The notes under the pieces: generated by a model
Database searches by the model: none
The model's input: only the letters and a program-made list of their open reading frames with translations
Told to the model about the DNA's origin: nothing
Made by a program: the position numbers and the translations under genes
Shown: positions 26,236-39,712 of the stretch, piece after piece
Layout: each line of letters begins with the position of its first letter
Numbering within the stretch: position 1 is the stretch's first letter
NCBI RefSeq assembly: GCF_006345805.1
Contig: NC_043006.1
Location: 95,728,001 to 95,792,000, forward strand
Source of the DNA: Octopus sinensis
Taxonomy: Eukaryota
Direction: 5' to 3'
DNA length: 64,000 nucleotides

Positions 26236-27181
26236 TTATGGTTCTCGTATGGCTAGGAAAAAGAAACAAGAAACAAGCAGCTTTGTGTGTGAGCAAATAT
26301 ATATAACATGAACATTCGGCGAGATAAATGCTTTGCTTCGTTCGCTTACTCTTTAGTTCCATCTTTCGATTGGTTAGCTTTATTGCATATTACTTTGAGA
26401 TTCATATATGTAATAAGTCTATCAGTGACAAATATAGTTATGTTTATGGGAAAATATAATGTTGATCTGTCACTATCAAAGTAATTTAGTATCAATATAT
26501 CAGTCCAACTAACTAACAAATATTTATATAAATGACATACATATGCTCATAATATATATATATATAACATGAAAAACGAATATATTCAATATCAGGCTTG
26601 CAGAATAACGGAATCTTAATATTGCGAAAGTCAACTCCATAAATAAATGCAATCATCTGGCTCCTTTTAAGAAGCAATGTACATTATATTAGCCCACTAG
26701 ATGTCACTTTGAGAAGTAAATATTTCATTTCAATATTGTTACCGATTCTGCGAAAATCCCAAACTCGCTTAACATAATCTATAAAATAAGTTAGCGCTAA
26801 TATATTTAATACAGAGAGCATTACGCAGATAACTATTAATAATGATGCAGAAGGAAAGAGAGAAAAAATAGCGAGATCAGCTAACATCTAATACATGTTA
26901 TTTATATTTTTCGACAACTAAGGGAAAGAACTCAAGCTTTATTCGGGTTTTATTGACCTCGTTAGCGAATGAGACTTTTCTTTGTACTTGCGAAATGTAC
27001 GATGCTTGATTCGTGAAGTAAATATAAAAAGATATTATAGTGCTTGGTGTTCAGTAATAAACATATTTGGAAAATTTTACGAAGAAAACGTAAAGTCCTC
27101 ATGCAAATAAAATTGAGAGGATGCAACCAAGAAACTGCTAATTTATCTCAGCTTCCGTTACTTACTTTATTTTCTTGGCAG

Positions 27182-27271
27182 CTTTATTGTGTTATGTCAA
27201 GAAGAACAGAGATGTTGTTATGCAGATGGACCATATTCTTATTCTTCTCTTTGGTTACTTCCTTGTTCTTC
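27182..27271 (+). CDS. Candidate 90-nt exon with hydrophobic translation
   Basis: Acceptor ctttattttcttggcAG and donor GTAATT. Open in all three frames (e.g. LYCVMSRRTEMLLCRWTIFLFFSLVTSLFF). Neighbouring candidates at 26357-26409 and 28660-28717 are phase-compatible. Confidence 0.25.
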
Positions 27272-27590
27272 GTAATTTCAGAAACACAATAGTTTTGTTT
27301 CTTCAAAAGAGAATTTGATATACATTTGAGAACACACTTGTGTTGCAAATTAAGGATTGGTTTCTTTATTAACAAAAATATTTCTTCTAAACAAGATGTT
27401 CCTCGTTCAACAAAAATATTCAAAGATAAAGAATTTATTTGAAAAAAAAAACAAAATTTAGAATAACATATGTGCTCACCTTTAGGGAAAATGAGGAGGA
27501 TTAAAAAGAATGATAATTTGGAATACGAACAGAAATATTCAGTTCTATATTTAAGAGATGAGGAATTATATATATTATTTACATTATTTA

Positions 27591-28025
27591 CCAGGTCATC
27601 CCATAAGTTCTGTCCGACTTTACCTTTTTTAAAATTGAATGAAATGTAATAGTATTTTAGAAAGTCTAATGGAATTTAAAATATTTTTATGCATTTGTGT
27701 ACATTTAAATATAAATATAATTAAATATGATTTTACAAAATAATAGAATTAAAATTTCTTTGATTAAAACCCTTCCTAACATGGAAGTACACAAACACCA
27801 TTTAAGGCACATAATGATTTATGAGTACAAAAAAAGTAAACTCTGCAGCCGAAGCGGCTCCAAACATACATTCAGTTTATAAGAAAGAATGCTTGAATGG
27901 AAGAACTTGCAGAAAAAGGACGTCTAGTTGAGTTTGATAATAAGCTCCTTGAGGCATTACTTGAAGAAAATCCTGCATTATCAGTTGAAGAATTGGCAAT
28001 AAAGCTTAGTTCAAACCATACAACT
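27591..28025 (+). mobile_element. mariner left end and transposase N-terminus (HTH), truncated
   Basis: From 27781: MEVHKHHLRHIMIYEYKK/NSAAEAA...GRLVEFDNKLLEALLEENPALSVEELAIKL, preceded by a TA-flanked TIR-like end. Confidence 0.8.
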
Positions 28026-28389
28026 GGAACCTGAAGACTAAAACAATACCTGTTCTCATAGGTGCCCTGGGAATGATAGCGAAAGGGGCTGATTGCTACC
28101 TAACTCAGATACCAGGAAACCCCAAAATGGTTGAAATTCAAAAGATAGTGCTCATGGGAACTGCTCATATCCTACGCAAAATACTCTCTATGTAATCCCA
28201 AGGCTTAAAACAAACTTTTTTTTTTCAATTTATTTATTAGACATTCACTAGTACAACACCAAAAAAAAAAACATATATATGGCACACTAGGCATAACAAC
28301 AACGTGAACTTCCAACCTGTTGTCTCTTGAGGTCTCTGGGTGCGACTTGGAGCCAACTTGTACAGACATAAAGCAAAAGTCAAACATAA

Positions 28390-28457
<68 letters not shown>

Positions 28458-28475
28458 TAATAATAATAATAATAA
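28025..28475 (+). mobile_element. Dong/R4-type LINE 3' end with (AAT)n tail
   Basis: WNLKTKTIPVLIGALGMI...IQKIVLMGTAHILRKILSM*, then 3'UTR and (AAT)n. Confidence 0.85.
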
Positions 28476-28553
28476 CAACACAACAACAACATCAAAGACA
28501 TCAACATCGAAAAATACTTTAGGAATGAGAACCCAGATTCGAAATTTCCCCAA

Positions 28554-28609
28554 GACACCTGATGAAGGCAGGAGAGTATATCAGCCGAAACGTTGTGTTA
28601 ACAACAAAC
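28554..28609 (+). ncRNA. Minimal type-I hammerhead ribozyme motif (best-preserved copy)
   Basis: GACAC-CTGATGA-a-ggcag-gagagtatat-cagcc-GAAA-CGTT-GTGTT. Helix I is GACAC/GUGUU, helix III is the palindrome AACGUU, predicted cleavage after GUU. Confidence 0.8.
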
Positions 28610-29284
28610 AAGATGAGGACAAATATCCGTCAAATGTAAATAATGTTAGAAATATTCAGGCTTGCCAAATCTGCATGATTGAACAATATCCGAATGGAGT
28701 TATGTTGGTTAGTGTCGGTAAGATTTGTATAATTTAGTAAAAATTAGTGAAAGACTATAGAAAAAATAGCGCTGTGAGTGGAAAATCCAACGTTTCGGAC
28801 AATTTACTTTTTCAGAGAGACGTATCAAAGAGGGAAACTAATGACAAACAACAGAGGCTTATATCTTCTAACACCATCAATTCATATATTCAAACAAATA
28901 TTTCAGTGGGAAAATGCGCAAAATTTTCAGTATTCGCAATCTCTGAAATGTTCAGGATAATTTTGATTGTTAGTAAGATAAATTAATTGAAAATATGTAT
29001 AGTCATCTTCATCGGTATTAATCCAATTCGGGGTTAATGGAAATCGTAATATTTAGAGGGAAAACATGTAGAGTGATAATAGGGATAAACAAATCTATTC
29101 ACAGAAGGTTAAACAAAAACATTCAATGGAAGATTCGGTGTGAAGACATGTAGGGAGCGTCACATGTTGTACCTAAAGTCCAGACAAATCTGAAAATTCA
29201 ATGTTGATCTATTCTTTTTTTTTCAAAATGGGACTGAAAGCAAGATTCTTAACCACATAACCAGGTCAATATTTTTCTTTTTAT

Positions 29285-29475
29285 GTTTTTTTTATTTCAG
29301 TCATTTAACTGCGGCCATGCTAAAGCACCACCTTTAGTCGAGCAAATCGACGCCAGGACTTATTCTTTGTAAGCCTAGTACTTATTGTATCGATCCCTTT
29401 GCCGAACCGCTAGGTTACGGGAACGTAAACATACCAACATCGTTTAGGAGGACAAACACAAGACACGCAAACACC
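29285..29475 (-). mobile_element. Family A SINE 3' half
   Basis: tttcagtcatttaactgcggccatgc...gccgaaccgctaggttacggg. Confidence 0.8.
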
Positions 29476-29507
29476 ACACAATTATATATATATATATATA
29501 TATATAT

Positions 29508-29607
29508 NNNNNNNNNNNNNNNNNNNNNNNNNNNNNNNNNNNNNNNNNNNNNNNNNNNNNNNNNNNNNNNNNNNNNNNNNNNNNNNNNNNNNNNNNNNNN
29601 NNNNNNN
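29508..29607. other. Assembly gap (100 N)
   Basis: Run of N directly after a (TA)n tract. Confidence 1.
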
Positions 29608-29726
29608 GTCTTTCTGTATATTATATATATATATATTATATATATATATATATATATACTATATGTGACAGACATATATATATGTATGTATGGATAGATA
29701 GATATAGTGATATGTATGCATATGAG

Positions 29727-29760
<34 letters not shown>

Positions 29761-30654
29761 ATATAATATATACATTAAGTGAGAAAGAGAAACGAAGAGA
29801 GAGAAGCACATATAGATGATAGACATATAGCTCGTACAACACGCACAATACATAAGATGATTATGAACTATGTAAGAAAACACAAAAACATACACAGACC
29901 ACACACGTGTGTATATATATATATACATATACATACATTTATATATACACCTACATATATACATACAGACTTATATATTTATATATGTACATGCATATAT
30001 GTGCCAAAAGTACCTTGTATACGTTAAAAGCAAATTTTGTATTATTTTATAGTGAGTATATTACGTGACTTGAGGTCGGAGAGAAGACTTTGTAGAATCA
30101 ACCAATTAAGAATGGACTGCTTCTACGAGACAATGATATTAATGGTAGAATGGTTGGCACAGGGTGAACAGAAAATACACGAACAGCGTATATATAGGAA
30201 TATCTGAATATATACATACACATAAGTATATATATGAATAATATATATATATATATATATATCTTTATCTGTATATATATACAAATACACACACACACAC
30301 ATATATATATATGCATACATATATATTGTGTGAGTGTGTGTCTCCCTGTGTGTATATATGTGTGTATGTAAGAATGTATATATATATATATATATATATG
30401 TACACGCACACGGACACAAACACACAGACACAAACACACACAGAGAAACACACACTCATATAGTGAAGATGTTAAATATGTATATGAAAATTTTTCTGTG
30501 TGTAGATATATATGAGATATTTCTATGTACATATTTATGTATCCGTACAAGGGAATATATATCGTACATGCATTTACGTATATATGTGTTTGGTGTGTGG
30601 GGGTCTGTGTGTACATATATAGAAGTATATATATGGATATGTATGTGCATATAT

Positions 30655-30693
<39 letters not shown>

Positions 30694-30973
30694 GGAGAGA
30701 GAGAAGAGAGAGACGAGATACAAAATATATATATAGATACCCTTAACGTCATAATTGTTGAAAAAGAAAGATAGTTGACATATATATATATATCATATAT
30801 TATACAGACAGACATATATACATATATGTATATATATATATATATTATATATATATATATATAATATACATATATATTAAATACATATATATATACATAT
30901 AAATATAAATACTTTACTTAGATATGTTTCGACCACATATATATGTATATATATCTATATATATATACACACA

Positions 30974-31006
<33 letters not shown>

Positions 31007-31723
31007 CTTTTATATATCCGTATGGGTGTGCATGACTCCATTTACAAAGGTATTCTCCTATACGTTATCATTTCACTCCAACTCAAATATACAAACATCC
31101 ATTATGTTGCCTCGCTGGTAGCATATTGTGTCGTGCATTATGTTACCTTTTAACAGACAAATAGGCGAACATATCTACAAAGTTAAAATACATTCACACA
31201 CGCGCAGAGAATATATATGTTTACATATATGCATGATATATGTACATGTATGTTTGCATATATATATATATATAGATAGATAGACAGATAGATAGATAGA
31301 TAGATAAATGAAAGAATGGAATCGAACGACGATTTAATAAAATTCCTTTATTCTCAGCACGTGATTTCTGCCCTTGGCATGTAGCTTCAACCGTGCTTTC
31401 TGACGTAAATTTCCTACCCGGGTATCGGTTTACCGAATTATCCATACTAGGATAATTCATTCAACTACTTAAACATATGTATATATATAAACGATACATT
31501 TGCCTATATATTACTTTATTCTTTTACTCTTTTACCTGATTCAGACATTTTTACTGCGTCCTTACAAATCGACACCAAGTCTTAGTCTTTGTAGGCTTTG
31601 TACTTATTCTATCTGTCTCTTTCGCCGAACTGCTACTTTGCGGGACGTAAACACACCAACATCAATCACACCAAGCGATTGTGTGGAGACAAACACAGAC
31701 ACAAATATTCACTCTCATACGCA

Positions 31724-31775
<52 letters not shown>

Positions 31776-31848
31776 TACATATATATATGTATACATATAC
31801 ATATATATATTTGTGAGTGTATATGTGTATATATCTATATATATATAC

Positions 31849-31865
<17 letters not shown>

Positions 31866-31881
<16 letters not shown>

Positions 31882-32820
31882 ATGTTGAGTTATATGTGTG
31901 TGTGCTTCTACACACACACATATATATATGCATGTGTGTGCGCATGTGTGTATGTGCGTGTCTGTGTGTATGTGTGTATATGTGTGAAGTGTATGTTGCG
32001 CGTGCGTGACTGTGTTTAGTGTGTGTATATGTACACGTGTAGAAACTTTTTTACTTTCGTTAGAGCTCTGTAAAGATGATCGCAAAATCCTGTTTCGATT
32101 CGTGGACCGAGCGATGCGTTTTGCTTTTGAGCATAGACGCCATTGAACACGGTTGCTAAAATCGAAGAATCCTGTGACGACATCATGTTCCGTGCGAATT
32201 CCTCCTCCGCCACAGAAACCTGGAAACCCATCTTAAAGAGCCTCTTTCTCGTAAGCACATTGAACTGTTTTAATATATATGATTTTATTTATATACAAGT
32301 TTATGTGTGTGAGAGACATACATACATATATACATAACATGCATACTTGTGTTGCTGTTATTTCTCTCTTTGTTACCCGAGTAGTAATGAGGAGTAATCG
32401 CATATTCTTAAGACAGAATTTTACGTCGCTTTGTATCATAATTTCAACGATACATTTCCACACACTCCTTTAATTGTTACCTTCAATGTTTGTAGGCGGC
32501 CTTACATTCACACTCACATCCACACAAATAGAAACACAACGCATATACAACCCCATCTCCATCTTTGTCTCACTCCCACACCTGCACCCTTTGATGTATG
32601 TGTATTCTTTTATTCTTTTAAAATTTGTTTCAGTCATTTGACTGTGGCCATTCTGCACAACGCCTTTAGTCGAACGAATCGACCACCTATTTATTCTGTG
32701 TAAGCTTAGTACTTAGGCTATCGGTTCTCTTTGCCGAAAACCCTAAGTTACAGGACGTAAACCACCATCATCGGTGTGTGAATGGATGTTTGGAGGACAC
32801 AGACACACAAACACACACAC

Positions 32821-32851
<31 letters not shown>

Positions 32852-33017
32852 TATACACACACACATACAACAGGCTTTTTCAGTTTCCGTTCTACCCAAA
32901 CCACTCATTGGCCCAAGGCTATAGTAGAAGACACTTGCCCAAGTGCCATACAGTAGGACTGAACCTGATCCATGTGGTTGGGAAACAAACTTCTTACCTG
33001 ACCACACAGCCGCCCTG

Positions 33018-33079
<62 letters not shown>

Positions 33080-34020
33080 ATAGATAGATAGATAATGTTG
33101 AGTTATATGTGTGTGTGCTTCTACACACACACATATATATGCATGTGTGTGCGCATGTGTGTATGTGCGTGTCTGTGTGTATGTGTGTATATGTGTGAGT
33201 GTATGTGCGCGTGCGTGACTGTGTTTATGTGTGTATATGTACACGTGTAGAAACTTGTTTTATTTTCGTTAGAGCTCTGTAAAGATGATCGCAAAATCCC
33301 TGTTTCGATTCGTGGACCGAGCGATGCGTTTTGCTTTTGAGCATAGACGCCATTGAACACGGTTGCTAAAATCGAAGAATCCTGTGACGACATCATGTTC
33401 CGTGCGAAATTCCTCCGCCACAGAAACCTGGAAACCCATCTTAAAGAGCCTCTTTCTCGTAAGCACCTTGAACTGTTTTAATATATATGATTTTATTTAT
33501 ATACAAGTTTATGTGTGTGAGAGACATACATACATATATACATACATGCATACTTGTGTTGCTGTTATTTCTCTCTTTTGTTACTCCGAGTAGTAATGAG
33601 GAGTAATCGCATATTCTTAAGACAGAATTTTACGTCGCTTTGTATCATAATTTCAACGATACATTTCCACACACTCCTTTAGTTGTTACCTTCAATGTTG
33701 TAGGAGGCCTTACATTCGCACTTACATCCACACAAATAGAAACACACGCATATACACCCCATCTCCATCTTTGTCTCACTCCCACACCTGCACCCTTTGA
33801 TGTATGTGTATTCTTTTATTCTTTTAAAATTTGTTTCAGTCATTTGACTGTGGCCATTCTGCACCAACGCCTTTAGTCGAACGAATCGACCCCAGAATTT
33901 ATTCTGTGTAAGCTTAGTACTTAGGCTATCGGTTCTCTTTTGCCGAAAACCCTAAGTTACAGGGACGTAAACCCACCATCATCGGTTGTGAATGGATGTT
34001 TGGAGGACACAGACACACAA

Positions 34021-34061
<41 letters not shown>

Positions 34062-34227
34062 CACACACACATACAACAGGCTTTTTCCAGTTTCCGTCTA
34101 CCCAAACCACTCATTGGCCCAAGGCTATAGTAGAAGACACTTGCCCAAAGTGCCATACAGTAGGACTGAACCTGGATCCATGTGGTTGGGAAACAAACTT
34201 CTTACCACACAGCCGCTCCTGTATATA

Positions 34228-34255
<28 letters not shown>
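31866..34255. repeat. About 1.2-kb tandem duplication (31866-33070 / 33080-34255), each unit with unique sequence and a minus-strand family A SINE
   Basis: Near-identical units differing mainly by 1-3 bp indels. Confidence 0.93.
32064..32250 (+). other. Candidate exon inside the duplicated unit (second copy 33273-33458)
   Basis: Acceptor ttttactttcgttAG, donor GTAAGC, and GC/CpG-richer than its flanks. Possible start MFRANSSSATETWKPILKSLFL in copy 1. A minus-strand reading is also possible. Confidence 0.3.
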
Positions 34256-34276
<21 letters not shown>

Positions 34277-34277
<1 letters not shown>

Positions 34278-37200
34278 CAACTAGACCCAAGGTGGACACC
34301 GCCGGCAACAGCATGCACCTCACCTTGATGCTCCTACTGAACATCAGAGGACTGCTAACACTCAGTAATAGGACCAAAATCCCGTTCTTGAGCGACTTTG
34401 TTGCATGCAATCAAGCCTTATGCATAGCACTTACGGAAACACACCTGAAACCAGACATAGCAGATGCGGAATTACACATACCACAGTATGGTGTACTACG
34501 GACCGACAAAAAAGAAACGAATCATGGAGGAGTTGCTATGTACATCCGTGAGGACCTCACACCCCAGGTTCTTTTGTCATACTCAAACTCGATGTGTGAC
34601 ACACTAATTGTACACATAAGGCAACTTGGTGTAGTTGTGTGTGCTACATATCGCCCTCCAGATACCCCAAGCCATGTAGGCAAGTTTGAAGACTGCCTTA
34701 TAAAAATAGAAGAAGTTCTAGTCACATTAGAACAACACATAAGTGTACTTCTTATGGGAGACTTCAATCTACCCAATGTCAGATGGCCCGAGGGCCTTTC
34801 TCTCCCAGGAATGACACGATGTGAACGAGTACAGGCGAGGTCCCTCCTGAACCTCATCAACACCCTGTACATGGAGCAAGTAATACTCCAACCAACCAGG
34901 GCAGGTAACATACTGGATCTCTGCTTCACAAATAATATGGATCTCATCCATAATGTGTTAATGACACCGACACTACTCTCGGATCACAACATGGTAGAGC
35001 TGACCATGTACGGGCCAAAGAAAAGCATGGACATGCAGCCTACAAGAAACTCTCAGAATCTTTCCAGCTTGAACTTCCATAAGGTAAACTGGAAACAAAT
35101 TGAGAAAGAGATCCTCAAATAAAACTGGCCTGAATGTCTCTCGTCGCCAGACATCGACATGAAACTTCAACAATTCATGTCTGTAATGCAAGCCATATGC
35201 TACATATGTGTCCCAGAGAGAAAGGCCACTGTACACAAGAACAAAATCCCCAGAGAGAGGAAAATTCTAATGAGACGGCGTACAAAAGTTTCAAATCGCC
35301 TAAACAAACAAATTGAAAGCAGTGAAAAGTCCCGCCTGAAAATAAAACTGTTGGAAATTGAAAAATATCTGCAACTCTCCCATGAAAAGGAAAGATCAGA
35401 CAAAGAAGGCTGGGCTATAGAAAACATAAAATATATAGACAACATAAAATCTAACCCCAGAGCTTTCTACAGGTATGCCAAAGAAACAGCTACGGTGCAT
35501 TGTAGGATAGGGCCACTCCTTGAAAAGGATGGCACACTCACAGGAAATCCAATGAGGGTAAGTGAAATACTAAATGAGCAATTCAAGAGTGTTTTCACTC
35601 CCCCCCCCCTTGGGCATTTCCAAATCAGCAATCCAACTGACTTCTTTATCACTGCAGATATAAAATCAGAGGCAGCGATGATTGATTATATCAATATAAA
35701 GGAAGACGATGTAATAAAGGCTATAGATGAAAACAAACTCAGTTACTGGCCCCGATGGATTCCCGGCAATCCTTCTAAAAGTATGTAAGAGAGTCCTAGC
35801 AAGACCACTGCAGTTCCTCTTTCAGAGCTTCCTTGCAACTGGCAAACTTCGAAGAAAACTGAAGGAAGGTAAAATATGCCCTATTCATAAAGGAGGTATC
35901 GGAGCGGAGGCCAAGAACTGCAGACCTATCTCTCTGGTCTCGCACATCAGCAAGGTCACGGAACGAATAGTCAGAAGGAAACTAATCACCTTCCTTGAAG
36001 AAAATGGCATGCTGCCTGACACTCAACATGGTTTCCGACCAGGAAGAAGCTGCTTAACTCAGCTCCTACAACACTATGACTGGGTGGCGGAAACGACTGC
36101 TCAACCACTCAAATGTGGAAGTGATATATCTCGACTTTGCAAAGGCCTTTGATAAAGTCGATCATGGAATGATACAAACTGCGTGATGTTGGCATGGTTG
36201 GAGGATTGGGAGAATGGCTTCATGACTTTCTGAAGGATAGAAGTCAGGTGGTAGTAAATAGCGAGCGGTGTTCCGTAGGGCGCTGTTTTGGGACCACAGC
36301 TGTTCATGGTGGCCCTTTCGGACGTGCCCTCGGCCGCGCGGAGAGCCGCGATCAAAGGTTATGCAGATGATACAAAAGTTTCACACACAATACAGAACCC
36401 TGAAGACACTAAGCACCTGCAATGTGAGCTGGACAAAATATACAAGTGGGCTGAAAAGAATAGCATGCAGTTCAATGCTGAAAAGCTTCAAGCTTTATGC
36501 TATCAGCATGCAAAACTAAATGCAATACCCAATGAATACACTGGACCTGGAGGGATTGCAATCCCATGTTGCTAAATTGGTAATGAAATGTAGACGGCTG
36601 GCCGGATGGATTCTTAGAACATTTAGAACAAGAAACCATGATGGTCCTCTGGAGGACACTTGTCCTAAGCCACTTTGACTATTGCTCTCAGCTATGGTCA
36701 CCATCCAGTGTCAAGTTGATCACAGAATTTGAGGCGATCCAACGAAACTACACGAATAAGATAGCCTCTGTGCAGCATATAAGCTACTGGGAAAGACTCA
36801 AGAGATTATAACTCTATTCCTTGGAGCGTAGGCGAGAAAGATATGCGATAATATACATCTGGAGGATCCTGGAGGGACTTGTCCCAAACTTTGGCATCGA
36901 GAGTTACACAAATGTCAGAACTAGGCGGCACTGCGTGGTGCCAAGGACTCCAAATTTGCCATCAAGATGTAGGACAAGATACTGTGATAGCCTGGGCTTC
37001 AGAGGCCCACAGCTCTTCGATATCCTCCCGAAGAACCTGAGGGACCTGCTTGGGGTGAATGCGGATGTCTGTAATGTAGGACTGGATCTCTTCCTGTCAG
37101 GTGTCCCGGATGAACCAACTTCACGGCAGGAGGTGCAGATGAGGCCAGCTGCATCGAACTCTCTCATGCACCAAATGGCAGTTGCTAAAAGGCATTCGTG

Positions 37201-37297
37201 AAGTAAAATCACGTAGCAACACCAAATGGCGGTGCCCCAGCATGGCCACACCTCGTGAGCTGAAACTAGATAAAATAAAATAAAATAAATAAAAAAA
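34277..37297 (+). mobile_element. CR1/L2-group non-LTR retrotransposon, ORF2 (APE endonuclease plus RT), inactivated, inserted in (TA)n
   Basis: APE motifs LNIRGL, LTETHL, GGVAMY, YRPP, MGDFN, ILDLCF, SDHNMV. RT motifs GPDG, QHGFRPGRSC, YLDFAKAFDKV, SGVP*G, YADDTK. C-terminal SLERRRERY and an A-rich tail. Stops, frameshifts and deletions throughout. Confidence 0.95.
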
Positions 37298-37418
37298 TAT
37301 AACTTCATATATATATGTATATATATATACATTTATATATATATATTTATATGTATCTATATATACATACATATATATATATATATAAATTCATATATAT
37401 ATATATATGTATACATAT

Positions 37419-37450
<32 letters not shown>

Positions 37451-37674
37451 TATTATATATATATATATTTAAATAAAGAGGGAGATAAATTGAATATTGA
37501 TTTAATTAATATCAATTTAAAAGCAGTAGCCTAGCATACAAAAATCTGAAAAATCAGAGAAAATTCTAATACTTTTGAAATTAACCCCAATGTAATCGGT
37601 GGAACTAAGCAGGTGTCTGTTTTTATACGGAAAACTGGTGGTTAGTTTTGACAAATTATATTTCTTTTGGAACG

Positions 37675-37749
37675 ATCGTACTGACCAGTCCTACGGACGA
37701 AGGATTACGTAAGTGATTTATTCGTTAATAGACGAAACCGGTTTGCGAT
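37675..37749 (+). ncRNA. Degenerate type-I hammerhead with extended stem II, in a probable Penelope-like pLTR remnant (about 37480-37905)
   Basis: ATCGTA-CTGACCA-gtc...gac-GAAAC-CG-GTT-TGCGAT. Helix I has 6 pairs, helix III is the palindrome AACCGGUU, core G8 is mutated. Confidence 0.6.
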
Positions 37750-37919
37750 TAATTCTTGGTTTTTATATAACTTTCTTCTGTCTTGCCTGCATATTGTTCT
37801 GGTGTCCGCTGAATTTTTCTCTAGAGAACATTCTCTCTTTGTAGTTTGATCGTAGGTGATCTACTTCTAGCATATGGCTGTCCACATAATGGTTTTTAGC
37901 CCTTTAAATATACATATAC

Positions 37920-37962
<43 letters not shown>

Positions 37963-37972
37963 ATTTTATGTG

Positions 37973-38003
<31 letters not shown>

Positions 38004-38024
38004 ATAATATATGTATATATATAT

Positions 38025-38158
<134 letters not shown>

Positions 38159-39109
38159 GTATGTAGGTATATATAAATATACCTACTGATATGTGCATGG
38201 GACAGAGAGCGAAAGAGAGGGATTGAGAAAGTGATGCTAGTAGAGAGACAAAGATTGTGTGAGAGACAGAAAGAATGGCTGTGACAAGGAATGAGAGACA
38301 GAGAGTGAGAGAGAGAAGGAGAGACAAAGGAAGTGTGTTTGGACAAGTGAATGTTGAGAATTATCGAATGGAAGACAAATAAATGTAAATATATTTGAAG
38401 ACGAATTGAAAGAGTCACTTTAAATCTCAATTTTCAGAATCTGAGATGAGATATTTTGTTGTAAGCAGTGGAACCGGACACGCGATATTTATTGTCCCCT
38501 CTCGTTCTATTGTCAGATATGACAACTGTCAATAGATTTGCCATGTTGTTCTGCCGATGTTACTGCTGCTATTGTGGCTGTTGTTTAGACTTGCTTGTCT
38601 CTACAGCTTTTTACAAGTCCTTTGGAGAATTAAAGATCGTATACGTTATTGCACTACGAAGTAGCGCATCTGAGGATCAAGTTTCTCACGTTTCTACAGA
38701 TCAGAGACTATTTTCCTGTTTGCTACCGGGTGACAATTTTGAAAGCTTTCATGATCCTAATGACATAGGAGTCCAGTGGTTCGTGCGGCGAATCCACCAC
38801 CATCGCCGCGTCCACCACCGTTCAAGAACAGGATTCGTATCTAATTGACGACTTCTGGTTTTGTGACAACCTAACAAAAAGTAAACTCTCTGAAGGGCTT
38901 GTGTCATCCAGAGTTTTTTCTACACCTCTTATGGACATTTTATTTGTTTTTTTTTCTTTTTGGATATTGAAAACTGATCATATGACACGTGATCGAGAAG
39001 CCCATCTTCTTCAGCGCATTCCCTTCCTTTCCTTGAACAGTCATGAAGACGAGATGGGTGACAAGTTACAGGGTAAATACAATTTAGAATGGGATATTTA
39101 TTCCAGCTC

Positions 39110-39712
39110 TTAGAATCGTCTTCATGCTGAGCAAAATGTTTTGCGGCATTTTTGTCTACCTTTACGCTCAAATTCCGCCATGGTCCTATTTTGCCTTTCC
39201 TCCATACGGAGTTGATAAAATAAATACCAGCTAGGCGCAGGGGTGGCTGTGTAGTAAGTAGCTTGTCTACCAGCCACACGGTTTCAGGTTCAGTCCCACT
39301 GCGTGGTACCTTGGGCAAGTGTCTTCTACTATAGCCTCGGGCCGAGTGGATTTAGTAGACGGAAACTGAAAGAATCCCATCGTATATATATATATATATA
39401 TACATATGCGCGCGTGTGTTTGTGTGTGTGTATGTTAGTGTCTATGTTTGTCCCCCAATATCGCTTGACAACCGATGCTTGTGTGTTTACGTCCCCGTAA
39501 CTTAGCGGTTCGGCAAAACTGACCGATAGAATAAATAGTAGGCTTACAAATAATAAGTCCTGGGGTCGATGCGCTCGACTAAAGGTGGTGCTCCAACCTG
39601 GCCGCTGTCAAATGACTGAAACGATTAAAGGAATAAAAGAATAAGCACTGGGGTCAGTGTAATCGACTTACCTTCCCTCTTAAGTGCTGGCTTTGTGCCA
39701 AAATTTGAAACA
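39110..39712 (+). mobile_element. Family B SINE interrupted by a full-length family A SINE (39232-39641)
   Basis: The B sequence stops at ...aataccagct and resumes at agcactggggtc after the A tail aataaaagaat. Confidence 0.85.

Larger units (their letters stand above)
27543..28647. mobile_element. Composite family D fold-back insertion with nested mariner and Dong fragments; 9-12 bp TSD
   Basis: Inverted tail at 27540-27590, forward tail at 28500-28647. agaaatattcag occurs at 27531-27542 and 28648-28659. Confidence 0.75.

Noticed and set aside
33992-34310. N-terminal part of the 376-aa ORF
   Set aside because: Read-through of an antisense SINE and (TA)n; the endonuclease homology only starts near 34313.
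38468-38848. 126-aa plus-strand ORF in unique sequence
   Set aside because: Non-ATG start, no recognisable domain, and splice evidence is ambiguous between strands.
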